From the IMG/VR virus record IMGVR_UViG_3300046513_000221, positions 199,414 through 263,413 of that record: a DNA stretch of 64,000 nt; one strand, given 5' to 3'. The stretch's first letter is position 1; each line of letters opens with the position of its first letter. The notes below the pieces were generated by a model. The model worked only from the letters and a program-made list of their open reading frames with translations. It was not told the DNA's origin and did no database searches. A program made the translations under genes and the position numbers. Positions 26,893 through 36,730 of the stretch are shown here, one piece after another.

Positions 26893-26927
26893 TTTCGGGA
26901 TGGACTTGTTAGGATCCATCCCGAAAA
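26893..26927 (-). terminator. Terminator after chaperonin gene
   Basis: TTTTCGGGATGGA/TCCATCCCGAAAA hairpin. Confidence 0.65.
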
Positions 26928-26936
26928 CGGGTCAGC

Positions 26937-28637
26937 TTAGATCAGCTGGTTGATACTCAGGAGCATGCCCACGATCGAGACGGACGCCTTGAGGATCTGG
27001 ACGTCGGTGTCGATAGGCGCGAGGACTTGTGTTTCCTCGATGCTCTGGAACTGGCGCTCCAGTACGTCGTACATGCGCGAGTCATTCATGTGCAGCGCCT
27101 CGCGGATCATCTCCAACGCCTCCGGTTGGGAGCGCAGGACAGGATCCTTGCTGATGATGCAGTAGAACGTGTTGTAGTACACGTCGCGCAGACGGTCGAT
27201 GACCTGACGCGTGAACTCCAAGTCGAACTGCTTCAGCACCGCGTCGTCCGCATGGATCTCGTCCCAGCGGTTGGCGATAGAATTGGCCGCAAAGAACAGC
27301 GAGATGTTGCCGCCGAATCCGAAGCCCTTCAGCAGGGCCGATTTACAGGCCAATACGGCATCCTCCACGAGGAATCGACGCGTCTGCTTCTCTTCGGCGG
27401 TGATGCCGCCCACCAGAATGCGAACGGACACGCCGTTCAGCTTGGACAGACGGATGCGCAGGTTACCGCGTACCGAAGGCTGGCTGATGGGAGTCTCATC
27501 GAACTCCTTCTGCAGAACCTGCAGACGCTCGCCGTAGAACGGGGTGTTCAGGGTCATGCCCTGACCTGCGAGGAAGACCGATTTGGTTCCGGTCAGTTCG
27601 AGGCTGCTCGCCGCACCGAGTTGCTTCAGGTCGAAGGTCGCCGGGTCGCGGATGATGTCGGAGTCCAGATAGATTGCCAGATCGAGGAACTCGTCGTGCT
27701 GCAGCTGGCTCGACAGATCGTACGTCTTGACGATGTAGATCTTGTTCTGCTTGCGCAGGAAGTCTGCCATGCAGGTGTTCAGAACGTCCTGATGGGTCTG
27801 GTCGGTGATGACGACGATGTTGCGCGCCGGGTTCGCCTGTTGGACCTTCTTCAGCAGCTCATAGTGCTCGCCGAAGAACTCGTAGCTCATGAACACGATC
27901 GGCTTGTCTACCGTGATGGTGGACTTGTCGCCGAAGTACATGTTGTGCGCCGGACCACGATCGAACGTGAAGCCGTAACGCATGGTGTGTGACACAGGTG
28001 TCAGCGAATCGCGTGGATCCTCTTCGATGCGCACATCCGACAGATAGGACAGACCGGAGAAGACGTTGGCGATGTACTCACCGATGCGTACATCGTTGTT
28101 GTTCGAGATCTGGCTGATGGCCGTCAGCACGCGCTTGCGGTTGTCGCCATTCACCTGATGGGTGTACTTATTCTCGATCTCGCGTTCGAGATAGAACACC
28201 ACGCGGTCCAGCAGATCCAGCAGCTGCTTGCGGGTGTACTTCCGGTCGCGCAGGTCCATCAGGGCTTCATACATGAAGCTCGCCGACAGAACGGCACTGG
28301 TGGAGCCGTCGCCGACGGTCTTGACCAGATTGTAGGACACCTTCTTCAGCAGCTGGTGGACGGCGACGTCCTGCGCAGCAGCATACTTCAGGTTCTCCAG
28401 AATGGTGTAACCATCCTTGGTGATGATCGGAACACCACCATCATTCTCGATCATGGTGTTCGAGCCCAGCGGACCATAGCTCTTCGCCAGAACGCTGACC
28501 AGCGAGGTCAGGAACTTCAGCGTATCACTGTGGAACTGAGCGTCATCCTTGATGACACCTTGGAAAGGCGACGGCGAACCCATTTGCTGGGCCACAGTCG
28601 TCTCGGCAGGTTTCTTTCTTTTCAAAAATTCGAACAT
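26937..28637 (-). CDS. groEL: Phage chaperonin (GroEL-like)
   Basis: SYGPLG, ITKDGYTIL, VGDGSTSA, VGG, EDAVLA, GGN. Confidence 0.9.
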   Translation of the reverse strand: MFEFLKRKKPAETTVAQQMGSPSPFQGVIKDDAQFHSDTLKFLTSLVSVLAKSYGPLGSNTMIENDGGVPIITKDGYTILENLKYAAAQDVAVHQLLKKVSYNLVKTVGDGSTSAVLSASFMYEALMDLRDRKYTRKQLLDLLDRVVFYLEREIENKYTHQVNGDNRKRVLTAISQISNNNDVRIGEYIANVFSGLSYLSDVRIEEDPRDSLTPVSHTMRYGFTFDRGPAHNMYFGDKSTITVDKPIVFMSYEFFGEHYELLKKVQQANPARNIVVITDQTHQDVLNTCMADFLRKQNKIYIVKTYDLSSQLQHDEFLDLAIYLDSDIIRDPATFDLKQLGAASSLELTGTKSVFLAGQGMTLNTPFYGERLQVLQKEFDETPISQPSVRGNLRIRLSKLNGVSVRILVGGITAEEKQTRRFLVEDAVLACKSALLKGFGFGGNISLFFAANSIANRWDEIHADDAVLKQFDLEFTRQVIDRLRDVYYNTFYCIISKDPVLRSQPEALEMIREALHMNDSRMYDVLERQFQSIEETQVLAPIDTDVQILKASVSIVGMLLSINQLI

Positions 28638-28649
28638 TGCGGTTCCTAA

Positions 28650-28853
28650 TTATTTCTTGGCCTTAGGCCGGGGTTTGCTTGCAGCTTCGGCCTTGGCCTT
28701 TTCCATCTCTCGTGCTTCGATCTTGCGCTTGTCCTCGACGAATCTAGCCCTTGCGTCGTAGAGGCTGGATAGCATGGGAAGCTCACATTCCATGACGTCC
28801 TCCAGAGTCAGCTGCCCCTTGAAGATATCCAAGGTGGCAGCTATCTGGTACAT
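28650..28853 (-). CDS. Small tail/hub assembly protein, possibly the -1 frameshift extension of the upstream gene
   Basis: Frame is -1 relative to the upstream gene and open across its 3' end. Confidence 0.55.
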   Translation of the reverse strand: MYQIAATLDIFKGQLTLEDVMECELPMLSSLYDARARFVEDKRKIEAREMEKAKAEAASKPRPKAKK

Positions 28854-28906
28854 GATGTTGTCCAGAGACTTCTGTACTTCGTCATGCGGGCGTACATCTA
28901 TGAGCT

Positions 28907-30079
28907 TTACTGAACCCTTGCTATACTTTGAAAAAGCGTGTTGGTCAGATCGACGGTGATGTCGGTGATCATCTCACCGCAGTGGCCGCACTTCAGGTTA
29001 GGCAGCTTGTACGAAACCTTGAACGCGTCCATCTTGGCGCTGATCTCCTTGTCGAGGAACGCCTTGTCTTCCGGATCGATGTCGATGATCACGCGGATCT
29101 TGTCCTGAATCGTCTCCAGTTCGATGAACTCCAGACGGCCCTCGGACAGAGCCTGAATGTGAGGAATCGCCATGGTGCCGATGTGCTTCAGGTAGCCGAA
29201 GATCTCCGGCTCGACGGCGGGGTGCTGCTCGGCGCGGTTCAGCGTGCGGATGTAGTCGTGCAGGGTCGGCGTGGTCAGGTCCAGAACGGTTTTGCTGACC
29301 GGCAGGATGATGCGACGGGTGTTGTTTACGACCGACGACTTCACCAGCTCGTTTGCTGGCAGGTTCTTGGACAGCAGGTCGCGAATGTAGCTGCCAACCT
29401 CGTTCTCGTCCTTGGCCTGAATCAGCAGTTCCTTGCTGATCTTCGCCTTGTTGGTCTTCTCGCACGAGCCGCAGATGACGTTGTAGTCGCCTTCTTCCGG
29501 GAAGGTGGCGCAGTAGATGCCGTAGATCAGGGTCTCGAAGTCGGCCTCGGACGTGATCTTCAGCCACAGGTCGAAGTCGATCTTACCGAAGTTGGCGTTA
29601 ACCATCTTCGAGTAGGTGAAGTTGAACAGCTTCAGGTTCTGTTCCTTCTCGGTGCCGGTGAACTTGCGCACCTTGATCATGTCGTCGTTGTTCAGTGCGC
29701 GGAAGGCGGCACGGTAGCCCGACTGCAGGGCGACGATCTCGAAGGAAGGCTTCAGGAACAGCGTGTCCATTTCCTGATGGGTGCCCAGCGGGTTATCCGA
29801 CTTACGGATGTTGATCGCGGACAGGTCGATGTTCAGCGCGGCCAGAACCTTGCGAGCAGCGCTCTGCGCGGTTTCCTTGGCCGGGGCCGGTGCTGCCGGT
29901 GCCTCGGGAGCCACTGGAGCAGGGGATTGCTCGACAGCGGTCTGTACCGGGGCTTCGCCAGCGATTGCGGTCGAAACTTCCGCTTCCGCTACGGGAGCAG
30001 CCTGTTGACCCAGATCTTCTTGCGAAACGCCCTGCTCCGCCAGCATGCTATGCAGATCGTCGATGTTGTTGATTTCCAT
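28907..30079 (-). CDS. Baseplate hub/tail assembly chaperone (T4 gp26-like)
   Basis: Two CxxC pairs (CGSC, CGHC), LPVS motif; late promoter at 30131-30142 places the start at ATG 30079. Confidence 0.65.
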   Translation of the reverse strand: MEINNIDDLHSMLAEQGVSQEDLGQQAAPVAEAEVSTAIAGEAPVQTAVEQSPAPVAPEAPAAPAPAKETAQSAARKVLAALNIDLSAINIRKSDNPLGTHQEMDTLFLKPSFEIVALQSGYRAAFRALNNDDMIKVRKFTGTEKEQNLKLFNFTYSKMVNANFGKIDFDLWLKITSEADFETLIYGIYCATFPEEGDYNVICGSCEKTNKAKISKELLIQAKDENEVGSYIRDLLSKNLPANELVKSSVVNNTRRIILPVSKTVLDLTTPTLHDYIRTLNRAEQHPAVEPEIFGYLKHIGTMAIPHIQALSEGRLEFIELETIQDKIRVIIDIDPEDKAFLDKEISAKMDAFKVSYKLPNLKCGHCGEMITDITVDLTNTLFQSIARVQ

Positions 30080-30130
30080 GTCTGTTTTCCTATTCAGGTT
30101 TAGTGTCGGAGTGAAATACTCCTGATGGTC

Positions 30131-30142
30131 TAACCCCATGTT
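30131..30142 (-). promoter_or_regulatory. Late promoter AACA-N6-TA
   Basis: Minus AACA tggggt TA. Confidence 0.65.
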
Positions 30143-30238
30143 GACCCTTAGGCCATTTTACGATGGCATTTCGTCATAAAAAATATATGCGAAACAGAAA
30201 TTCCCCTAAGCACGAATTATCGGCTTAGGGGATTGCTG

Positions 30239-30673
30239 TCAGAAGTAGAAGTCAGAGACCACATTGTCCTTGACCGGGAGATTCGGATCGCGCTTGAACG
30301 TCAGTGCGAAGACATCCTTGGCGTCCACCAAGATCGTCAGCCTGAATATGCAAGCCAGAATCGTTTGACCCGACTGCTTATCGGTGGTGAACTGGATGGT
30401 CGCGTCCGAGACCTGATCGCTCGGCAGGTACTTGGATATCTGCGAGTTGATCCTATCTGTGAGGTCGATCAGCGTGGAGTTGTCTGCGAACTCTTGCAGG
30501 TACGTTCCGATACCGATCCCGGCTCCCACGCAGTTCGGGATGGTTCCCGGTTCCATGATAAGGAGGGTCTGGATACGCTTCGCCAACGCCTTCAGGTCTG
30601 TCTCGACGTGCGATGACCTGAAGGGACTCGGCAGAAGGGTCGCCTCTCCCTTGAGGGTAGCATCGACGGCCAT
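30239..30673 (-). CDS. Baseplate wedge/sheath initiator (gp25-like)
   Basis: IQTLLIMEPGTIP..GIGI..YL..I..QISKYLP pattern. Confidence 0.7.
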   Translation of the reverse strand: MAVDATLKGEATLLPSPFRSSHVETDLKALAKRIQTLLIMEPGTIPNCVGAGIGIGTYLQEFADNSTLIDLTDRINSQISKYLPSDQVSDATIQFTTDKQSGQTILACIFRLTILVDAKDVFALTFKRDPNLPVKDNVVSDFYF

Positions 30674-30683
30674 GAGCTACCCC

Positions 30684-31139
30684 TTAGGTGTTGTTGTTGA
30701 TGTTGAAGACCTTCTTCTTGTCTTCCGGGGTCGGAGCGGGGTTCGCCTTCTCGTGGTCCAGATGGGCGAGGATGTTGAAGCCCTGAGCGCGGGACAGCAG
30801 CTGGTTCAGAACCTCCAGATGCTCCTTCATGTAAACCAGCTTCTGGTTGTCCTCTTCCTTCTTCTTGTCCATCTTGGACTCGAATTGGGACATCTTCTCG
30901 CGTGCCTCGCGCAGAGCCTGCTGGATGCGAGCGATGCAGTCGGTCTTCTCCTCGTGGGTCTTGATGTTGACCACGCGGCGAGCCAGATGGTCGATCTCGG
31001 CCACGGAGTAGCCCTTCAGCTTGCGGGTAGCCCACGTCATGAAGCTCTCGACGCTGAACTCTTCGTTCATCATCTTCTGTTCCTCCAGTGCCAGAACGGC
31101 AGTTTCGGTCAGGAAGATCGGTTGCAGATTGAGTGCCAT
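30684..31139 (-). CDS. Putative internal head protein (MALNLQ...LTE)
   Basis: N-terminus similar to MALFLQ family; helical. Confidence 0.55.
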   Translation of the reverse strand: MALNLQPIFLTETAVLALEEQKMMNEEFSVESFMTWATRKLKGYSVAEIDHLARRVVNIKTHEEKTDCIARIQQALREAREKMSQFESKMDKKKEEDNQKLVYMKEHLEVLNQLLSRAQGFNILAHLDHEKANPAPTPEDKKKVFNINNNT

Positions 31140-31149
31140 TTCGGTTTCC

Positions 31150-31677
31150 TTATATCATTGCCACGAAGTACAACTTAGCTACGTGGTGATCATTCGGTAC
31201 CTTGGATACGGAATGATCGGTGTTGGTGATGAGGATCTCCTTCAGGGGGCGATCCTTGATGTTGATCAGGTTTTGCCCGACCAGATGGAACCCTGCGGCG
31301 ATCATCTCGTCGGAGAGCTCCACCAGAGCCCAGATATTCTTATCGGTACTGCCGATGCTTTCGAGGAGCCTGATCTTCTCGATCTCTCCCCGGCGGCAGA
31401 CGTACTGCCCACGAATGGTGTGGTACAGGCTCGGATTGATGACGCTGTGCAGACTGACGTCCCGAGTGGTTGCGAAATCGGGGCGCGCTTCTATGTAATT
31501 GTCCCGGAAGCTCCTGTCCTTCAGAGCGTGATCGGTCTCGACAATCCCTTTCTGCGTGTCCTTTCCAACGAAGACTCTCTCATCGAGATCCACCCGAATG
31601 ACCTCATCTTCAAGAAGTTTGAATACATCTGGGTAAGTCAAAATTTTCATGAACAACTCCCTCGCGTATGCGCGCAT
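31150..31677 (-). CDS. Hypothetical protein
   Basis: 175 aa ORF (start may be ATG 31650). Confidence 0.6.
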   Translation of the reverse strand: MRAYARELFMKILTYPDVFKLLEDEVIRVDLDERVFVGKDTQKGIVETDHALKDRSFRDNYIEARPDFATTRDVSLHSVINPSLYHTIRGQYVCRRGEIEKIRLLESIGSTDKNIWALVELSDEMIAAGFHLVGQNLINIKDRPLKEILITNTDHSVSKVPNDHHVAKLYFVAMI

Positions 31678-31727
31678 TACGCGATTTTAAATAATTATAA
31701 ATAATAAATAAAAAAGAAACCAGTTTT

Positions 31728-32447
31728 TTACTGGTTTTCTATCACCTTTCTGTGAAAGTACACATTGAAAGGTGTGTAGAACTTATCTTCTACTTGAATG
31801 TATTGGAAACCCTCGGCGATGGTTGCGTCACGCTTGAGGATCTCTTTTGCAGCGTCGCGCTGCTGGTAGTGCGGGTTACTACCCTTGATCTCGACGATCA
31901 GGTTGAGCGATGGAATGTAGAAGTCCGGTAGGTAGAACCGAACCTGACCCTCCGCATCCTTGTAGTAGATCGTAGGAGGCTTGGTGAGCATCGACGAGGT
32001 GAAGTGATAAACACTTTCGAGGAAGTGCAGGAAGTGCTCCTCGTAGGTGCCAGTGACTTCGGTCTTCGTCCCGTCCATCCATGTGTACTCGGAACCAATC
32101 TGGCGGTTCCCGAGCATCAGGCGCTGGTGCTCCGGATCATCGGTCAGATGGGTCTTACCGTACTTCGCCATCATTTTCCTTTTGAAGTCCTCGCGGTACT
32201 CCTGCTTCTCGACCTCATCGGCGAAGCGCTCATAGCGTTCCGTCACCGGATTCCAGGCAGTCGGCTTCCCGCTGATCACCGAGCGTCCCTCGGTCTTCTT
32301 GTACTTGAGGTTGAAGTAGAGTCGTGCTGCTGGCATCTCGTCACTCAGCATTTGAGGATACTTCGTCTCGATATGCTGGTACAGAGCAGGTTTACTGGAG
32401 AAAGTCGCCCCATCCAAGGGAAACTTAAACGAGTTATTGGTAGGCAT
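31728..32447 (-). CDS. PD-(D/E)XK TnsA-like nuclease (T4 gp4 head-completion-like)
   Basis: GTYE, YLPDFYIPSLNLIVEIKG; GAGGA RBS. Confidence 0.7.
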   Translation of the reverse strand: MPTNNSFKFPLDGATFSSKPALYQHIETKYPQMLSDEMPAARLYFNLKYKKTEGRSVISGKPTAWNPVTERYERFADEVEKQEYREDFKRKMMAKYGKTHLTDDPEHQRLMLGNRQIGSEYTWMDGTKTEVTGTYEEHFLHFLESVYHFTSSMLTKPPTIYYKDAEGQVRFYLPDFYIPSLNLIVEIKGSNPHYQQRDAAKEILKRDATIAEGFQYIQVEDKFYTPFNVYFHRKVIENQ

Positions 32448-32471
32448 GTAATCCTCAGCAAGTTTCAATAT

Positions 32472-32512
32472 TAGCTATTTGTTGAACAAAATCCTGATGA
32501 AACATAAGGTTA
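32472..32512. promoter_or_regulatory. Divergent late promoters centred on the inverted repeat TGTT-G-AACA
   Basis: Minus AACA aatagc TA (32472-83); plus AACA aaatcc TG (32485-96) and AACA taaggt TA (32501-12). Confidence 0.65.
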
Positions 32513-32544
32513 ACTATAGTAACTTCTTCAACCGGAGAGCAATC

Positions 32545-33027
32545 ATGTTTAAAGCATTAACTGCAGGTGCAAAACCGTACATCGCCCTCGCCGTGGTGAT
32601 CGCTATCGCGGTGCTGTTCGCACTGTGGCAGCACTCCAAGGCAGACCTCGCCACCGTCAAAGCTGACGCCAAGGTAATGGAGGTCCAAAAGAATGCCGTT
32701 ATCGAACACAATGGCGAACAGATCACCAAGGCCGTAGAGGTCAACAAAGCCAATGACGAGACCCTCAAAACGGTTGTCAAGGCGCAGGAAACAATCAAGA
32801 AGAGCTCGGAGAAGATCACCAAGATCATCGACGACAACAATCAGGTCAAGAACGATCTCCTCATCGAGATCCAGAAGAATGTTGACGAGGAACGCTATGT
32901 GAGTCCAGAGACCGCATCCTCGATCCAGAAGGTACTGGATGAGATCGAACCCCTCGTTTACCCTCCTCAAGGAGAGCCGATTACCACTGTGTACTCCGGC
33001 GAACAACTCGATGTCACACTTACGTAA
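32545..33027 (+). CDS. Inner-membrane spanin (Rz-like)
   Basis: N-terminal TM followed by coiled coil; GGAG RBS. Confidence 0.65.
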   Translation: MFKALTAGAKPYIALAVVIAIAVLFALWQHSKADLATVKADAKVMEVQKNAVIEHNGEQITKAVEVNKANDETLKTVVKAQETIKKSSEKITKIIDDNNQVKNDLLIEIQKNVDEERYVSPETASSIQKVLDEIEPLVYPPQGEPITTVYSGEQLDVTLT

Positions 33028-33037
33028 GGAGCACGAA

Positions 33038-33400
33038 ATGAGCACCAACATCAAGAAAATAATGATCGTCTGCCTCACTCTCTTCATGACCTGCATCCTT
33101 GCTGGATGTGGTACGATGAACCCGGAGGCCGGTAAGATCGACGTGACCGTCGCGAAACAAGAGGCAGTTTTCATCGAGATCCCACAGGAAACCCTCGACA
33201 AGTGCAAGAAGCCTCGCAAGCAAGATACCGTCTTCTTCCAGCACCTCAAGGAGGGGAAGATCAAAGAGAAGGAACTCGCTGCCGCCTACGTGGAGAGCTA
33301 CACCGGCCACGTCAACTGCTATCTGTCCAAGGAAGAGGCAGTTTTCCTCCAGCAGAAGCTGAAGGAACAAACTAAAACGGTGAAGAAAGATGGCAATTAA
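33038..33400 (+). CDS. Outer-membrane spanin lipoprotein (Rz1-like)
   Basis: LAGC lipobox; IP...L..C..P...C pattern. Confidence 0.7.
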   Translation: MSTNIKKIMIVCLTLFMTCILAGCGTMNPEAGKIDVTVAKQEAVFIEIPQETLDKCKKPRKQDTVFFQHLKEGKIKEKELAAAYVESYTGHVNCYLSKEEAVFLQQKLKEQTKTVKKDGN

Positions 33401-35891
33401 CCCATTAGACCAGTTAAAGATCATCGCTAGCAGGGAGATTGATGTACTCACATCTCACTGCGTGAAGGTGGTGATCAAGGATCAGGATGAGGCCGATGTA
33501 TTCGAGACCCAAGAGAGTCTCCGTCAGGCCTCCCTGTACCTCGACGTGTACTACCAGCTGGACAAGTACCCGACGCATGACATCCTGCGGACGCTCATTC
33601 GAGCAGCCGCTACACAAGACAGTCCTGATGCCGCTACGGTCGAGGCCGTGCAGACGCAGATCGATCTGAACTACAGTAACGCCCCGGTGACCCGGACAGC
33701 GCTGATCGCGCTCAAGGACAAGATTGCCCGGAACGGCTTCATCTCGATCACTCTGGTGGACAACAACATCACCGAGGAACGCACGCACTTCCTTGAGAGC
33801 TTCATCGATCTGAACAAGTACTACCAGAATCTCAAGGAGACCTACGGCATCCCGATCTGGAAGAGCCGCAAGGCATATGACTTCGATCTGCTGTTGGAGC
33901 CTAAGAAGGAGGATGACCTCATTCTGGCTAACTTCAGTGAGAACTACGCCGAGTGCCAGCGCTACTTCGTTTCCGTGATGTTCACCAAGTCGATGGCCAA
34001 GGATATGGTCGGCACGACCTCCACCGGCAGCTACATCAACTACTACAAGGCCTTCGGTCGCTTCTTCATCTGCTTCATGGTGATGATCAAGACGATCAAC
34101 GAGAAGCTCAAGAACCCGCTGGACGCTAACTCGATGGATGAGTACATCCTCGACAACATGCTCTTCTCCTTCGGGTTCACGGACTTCAAGAACTTCCCTG
34201 TAGACTACAAGCGGAAGATCGTCCAGAACATCAACGAGTTGATTCGACACAAGGGTACTGACCGTATCTTTACCGACATCCTCCAGATCTTCGGTTTCAA
34301 GGACATCAACATCTTTAAGTACTACCTCGTCAAGCACCAGTCGTTCAACGATGACAAGAGCATGGCCGGGGTTGACGACAAGATCCGCTTCGTCTCACAC
34401 AACGTGACCATCCCGTCCCTTCAGGAGGCGGTGAAGCGCAAGGAGTACCTGACCCACTCGTTCGAGAGCGTGACCGACAGCGATCCGTACTGGCAAGCGT
34501 CCAAGCTGGAGATCGGGAAGAAGGACTTCAACTACGTCAACAGTAAGTACTTCTCCATCGAGAGTAGCTTCGACCTCTTCAAGGAGACCTCGAACATCGC
34601 ATACTTCATCAATCTGGTGAAGACCCTGCGTGACGAGTACCCGGAAGCCGACAACGCCCTGACCCTCACGGCGACCAAGATCTCCGATCGTCCGATCGAG
34701 CTGGTCGATCTGCTGGTCGCAGCGCAGATCATCGTCTCGAACTACTACGGTATCGACGACACGATTGATTTCTCGCAAGAGAGCATCTACAATGTGTTGA
34801 GCTTCGACCCGGAGGATGAGACCCCGCTGAACAAGCTGGTCACCTCCGACGAACACGACATCAACAACCCCGACACGCAGCGGTACGTGCTGGATCATAT
34901 CTCGGACTACGACGATGTGAGCAAGAGCGAGCTGGAGACCATCTTCAAGTCCGACAAGGGCAAGATGGCCAACATGATCGCGCTCATCAAGAGCCAACAG
35001 CACACGATCGGTGATGTGCGCGACTTCAAGAAACTCCAGGCACTCTACGAGTCGAAGTTCCTCGCGAAGTTCAACCTCCGCGAATACGAAGGTTTCATTG
35101 GCTACAACCAGTACCTTCGCACTCGGAACCTCGATCTGCACACCTACATCGACACGATCGTGACCTCGTCCACGCAGGACGAGAAGAAGGTGGAAGTCCT
35201 GTACATCCTTAGCGCTCTGACCGAGTATGCGAAGAACCTCGATGTGCAGTTCGACAACCGCTTCTCGGACGTTATCACGTCATACATCAACCGGATGGTA
35301 TCGATCTTCAAGGCGTACACTGTGACGCTGAAGGACTTCACCATCTTCTACTCGTACGACGACAGTCTCTTCTTCACGTACTTCGATGAGGCATTCGTCT
35401 CCACGAAGAACACCTTCGACGATGATCTGATCCAGATCAACGACCACGTTGGTGCAAGCCGGGGGAGCGAAGTCCTGCATGATGTCAAGATGCATCTGCT
35501 GGACCGGGCTGAGGGAATGACGACCATCATCCGCAATCATGCGAATGAGGACCACCTGTATCTCGTGGACCGACACAGTGAGCGGACGCTTCTCACGATC
35601 GAAGACAGGTTCAGCATGGAGGATTCGATCCATTCCATGCGTACCAAGAAAGAGGATAGAGAGACCACCCTCCGGTACAGGGACTTCATCGAGTATGACA
35701 AGGAGGAACCTTCCGAATTTAACCTCGCGATCGAAAAGGCGTGGTTCGCCGACAGGACGCGCCCTACGTCCGTCCTCTCTCCGGAGGATCACATGCCGAT
35801 ACATGACCGAACGGGCATGCGCAGCATCGGTGCTAACATTTCAGACCGCGTCAGGTTCTCGGACAGCTTCGAGATACGAGTAATCGAATAA
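33390..35891 (+). CDS. Baseplate wedge-like virion protein
   Basis: 833 aa; LIRHKGT motif; C-terminal acidic D..F.D repeats. Confidence 0.55.
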   Translation: MAINPLDQLKIIASREIDVLTSHCVKVVIKDQDEADVFETQESLRQASLYLDVYYQLDKYPTHDILRTLIRAAATQDSPDAATVEAVQTQIDLNYSNAPVTRTALIALKDKIARNGFISITLVDNNITEERTHFLESFIDLNKYYQNLKETYGIPIWKSRKAYDFDLLLEPKKEDDLILANFSENYAECQRYFVSVMFTKSMAKDMVGTTSTGSYINYYKAFGRFFICFMVMIKTINEKLKNPLDANSMDEYILDNMLFSFGFTDFKNFPVDYKRKIVQNINELIRHKGTDRIFTDILQIFGFKDINIFKYYLVKHQSFNDDKSMAGVDDKIRFVSHNVTIPSLQEAVKRKEYLTHSFESVTDSDPYWQASKLEIGKKDFNYVNSKYFSIESSFDLFKETSNIAYFINLVKTLRDEYPEADNALTLTATKISDRPIELVDLLVAAQIIVSNYYGIDDTIDFSQESIYNVLSFDPEDETPLNKLVTSDEHDINNPDTQRYVLDHISDYDDVSKSELETIFKSDKGKMANMIALIKSQQHTIGDVRDFKKLQALYESKFLAKFNLREYEGFIGYNQYLRTRNLDLHTYIDTIVTSSTQDEKKVEVLYILSALTEYAKNLDVQFDNRFSDVITSYINRMVSIFKAYTVTLKDFTIFYSYDDSLFFTYFDEAFVSTKNTFDDDLIQINDHVGASRGSEVLHDVKMHLLDRAEGMTTIIRNHANEDHLYLVDRHSERTLLTIEDRFSMEDSIHSMRTKKEDRETTLRYRDFIEYDKEEPSEFNLAIEKAWFADRTRPTSVLSPEDHMPIHDRTGMRSIGANISDRVRFSDSFEIRVIE

Positions 35892-35901
35892 CAGTTATCT
35901 A
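35890..35901 (+). promoter_or_regulatory. Late promoter AACA-N6-TA
   Basis: AACA gttatc TA. Confidence 0.65.
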
Positions 35902-35930
35902 GTCAACTTTTCTACCTAGAAAGAGAAATC

Positions 35931-36650
35931 ATGCACCAATCCAATGTGAAACAACTGAGTTTCGAAGAGCAGATGATGTTCCGTGACATCCGTCCGGATC
36001 GTCTGAAGTCGAAGCTGCAAGGCATCGTCGTGGTCAAGGACGCCGAAGACGGCAAGATCCTGCAGGTCAAGCCAAATCTGGTCGTGCGCGACGGTCGCGA
36101 GATGACCCTGCGCAAGGTCTTCAACCTGCCGGGCGCTGTTCCGGGCGAGAGCGAGTCCGCTCTGGGTTCCAAGTCGGTCCTGCTGTTCGGCATCGGCACC
36201 GGTGGCACCCCGAACAACGATCCGTTCAACCCGTTCCAGCCGACCCCTTCGGATCACGATCTGTCTTCGGCGATCTCGTTCCGCACCTCCAGCAACGCCG
36301 ACCCGCTGCCGGACGCCGATGCACTGAAGTACTCGGACGGTCGCTCCGTCTCGGGCGGCAACATCGAGTGGTACAAAAAGCTCTTCAGCAACGGTCACGG
36401 CGAGATCACCGTCGATCCGGTCGCCGACATGGTGTACAACAAGCTGTCGCTGCAGATCAGCCCACAGGATGCTCGTGACAAGTTCGTCAACGAGCTGGCA
36501 CTGTACTGGGCGCAATACAACGCGTCGGCGCTGGACATGAACTCGAAGTTCAGCAACTACTTCATGTTCAGCCGCATCACCTTCCTGACCGAACCACTGC
36601 CGTCCACGACCAATAAGGCCTTGGATATTGATTACTACGTCTACCTGTAA
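35931..36650 (+). CDS. Baseplate/tail-collar protein
   Basis: NLVVRDGR, FGIGTGG, NELALY, FSRITF, YYVY. Confidence 0.6.
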   Translation: MHQSNVKQLSFEEQMMFRDIRPDRLKSKLQGIVVVKDAEDGKILQVKPNLVVRDGREMTLRKVFNLPGAVPGESESALGSKSVLLFGIGTGGTPNNDPFNPFQPTPSDHDLSSAISFRTSSNADPLPDADALKYSDGRSVSGGNIEWYKKLFSNGHGEITVDPVADMVYNKLSLQISPQDARDKFVNELALYWAQYNASALDMNSKFSNYFMFSRITFLTEPLPSTTNKALDIDYYVYL

Positions 36651-36678
36651 GGGTAGCTGAAGAAATCTGGATCACAGG

Positions 36679-36726
36679 AAAAAAAAAGAACCGGAGCTAC
36701 CCTTTGCGGGGTAGCTCCGATTTTTA
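36679..36726. terminator. Bidirectional terminator with A9 tract
   Basis: CGGAGCTACCC/GGGTAGCTCCG hairpin. Confidence 0.75.
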
Positions 36727-36730
36727 CGCT

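Noticed and set aside
31728-32447. Transposon TnsA or homing endonuclease
   Set aside because: No other Tns genes or element ends; late promoter and context favour a head-completion nuclease
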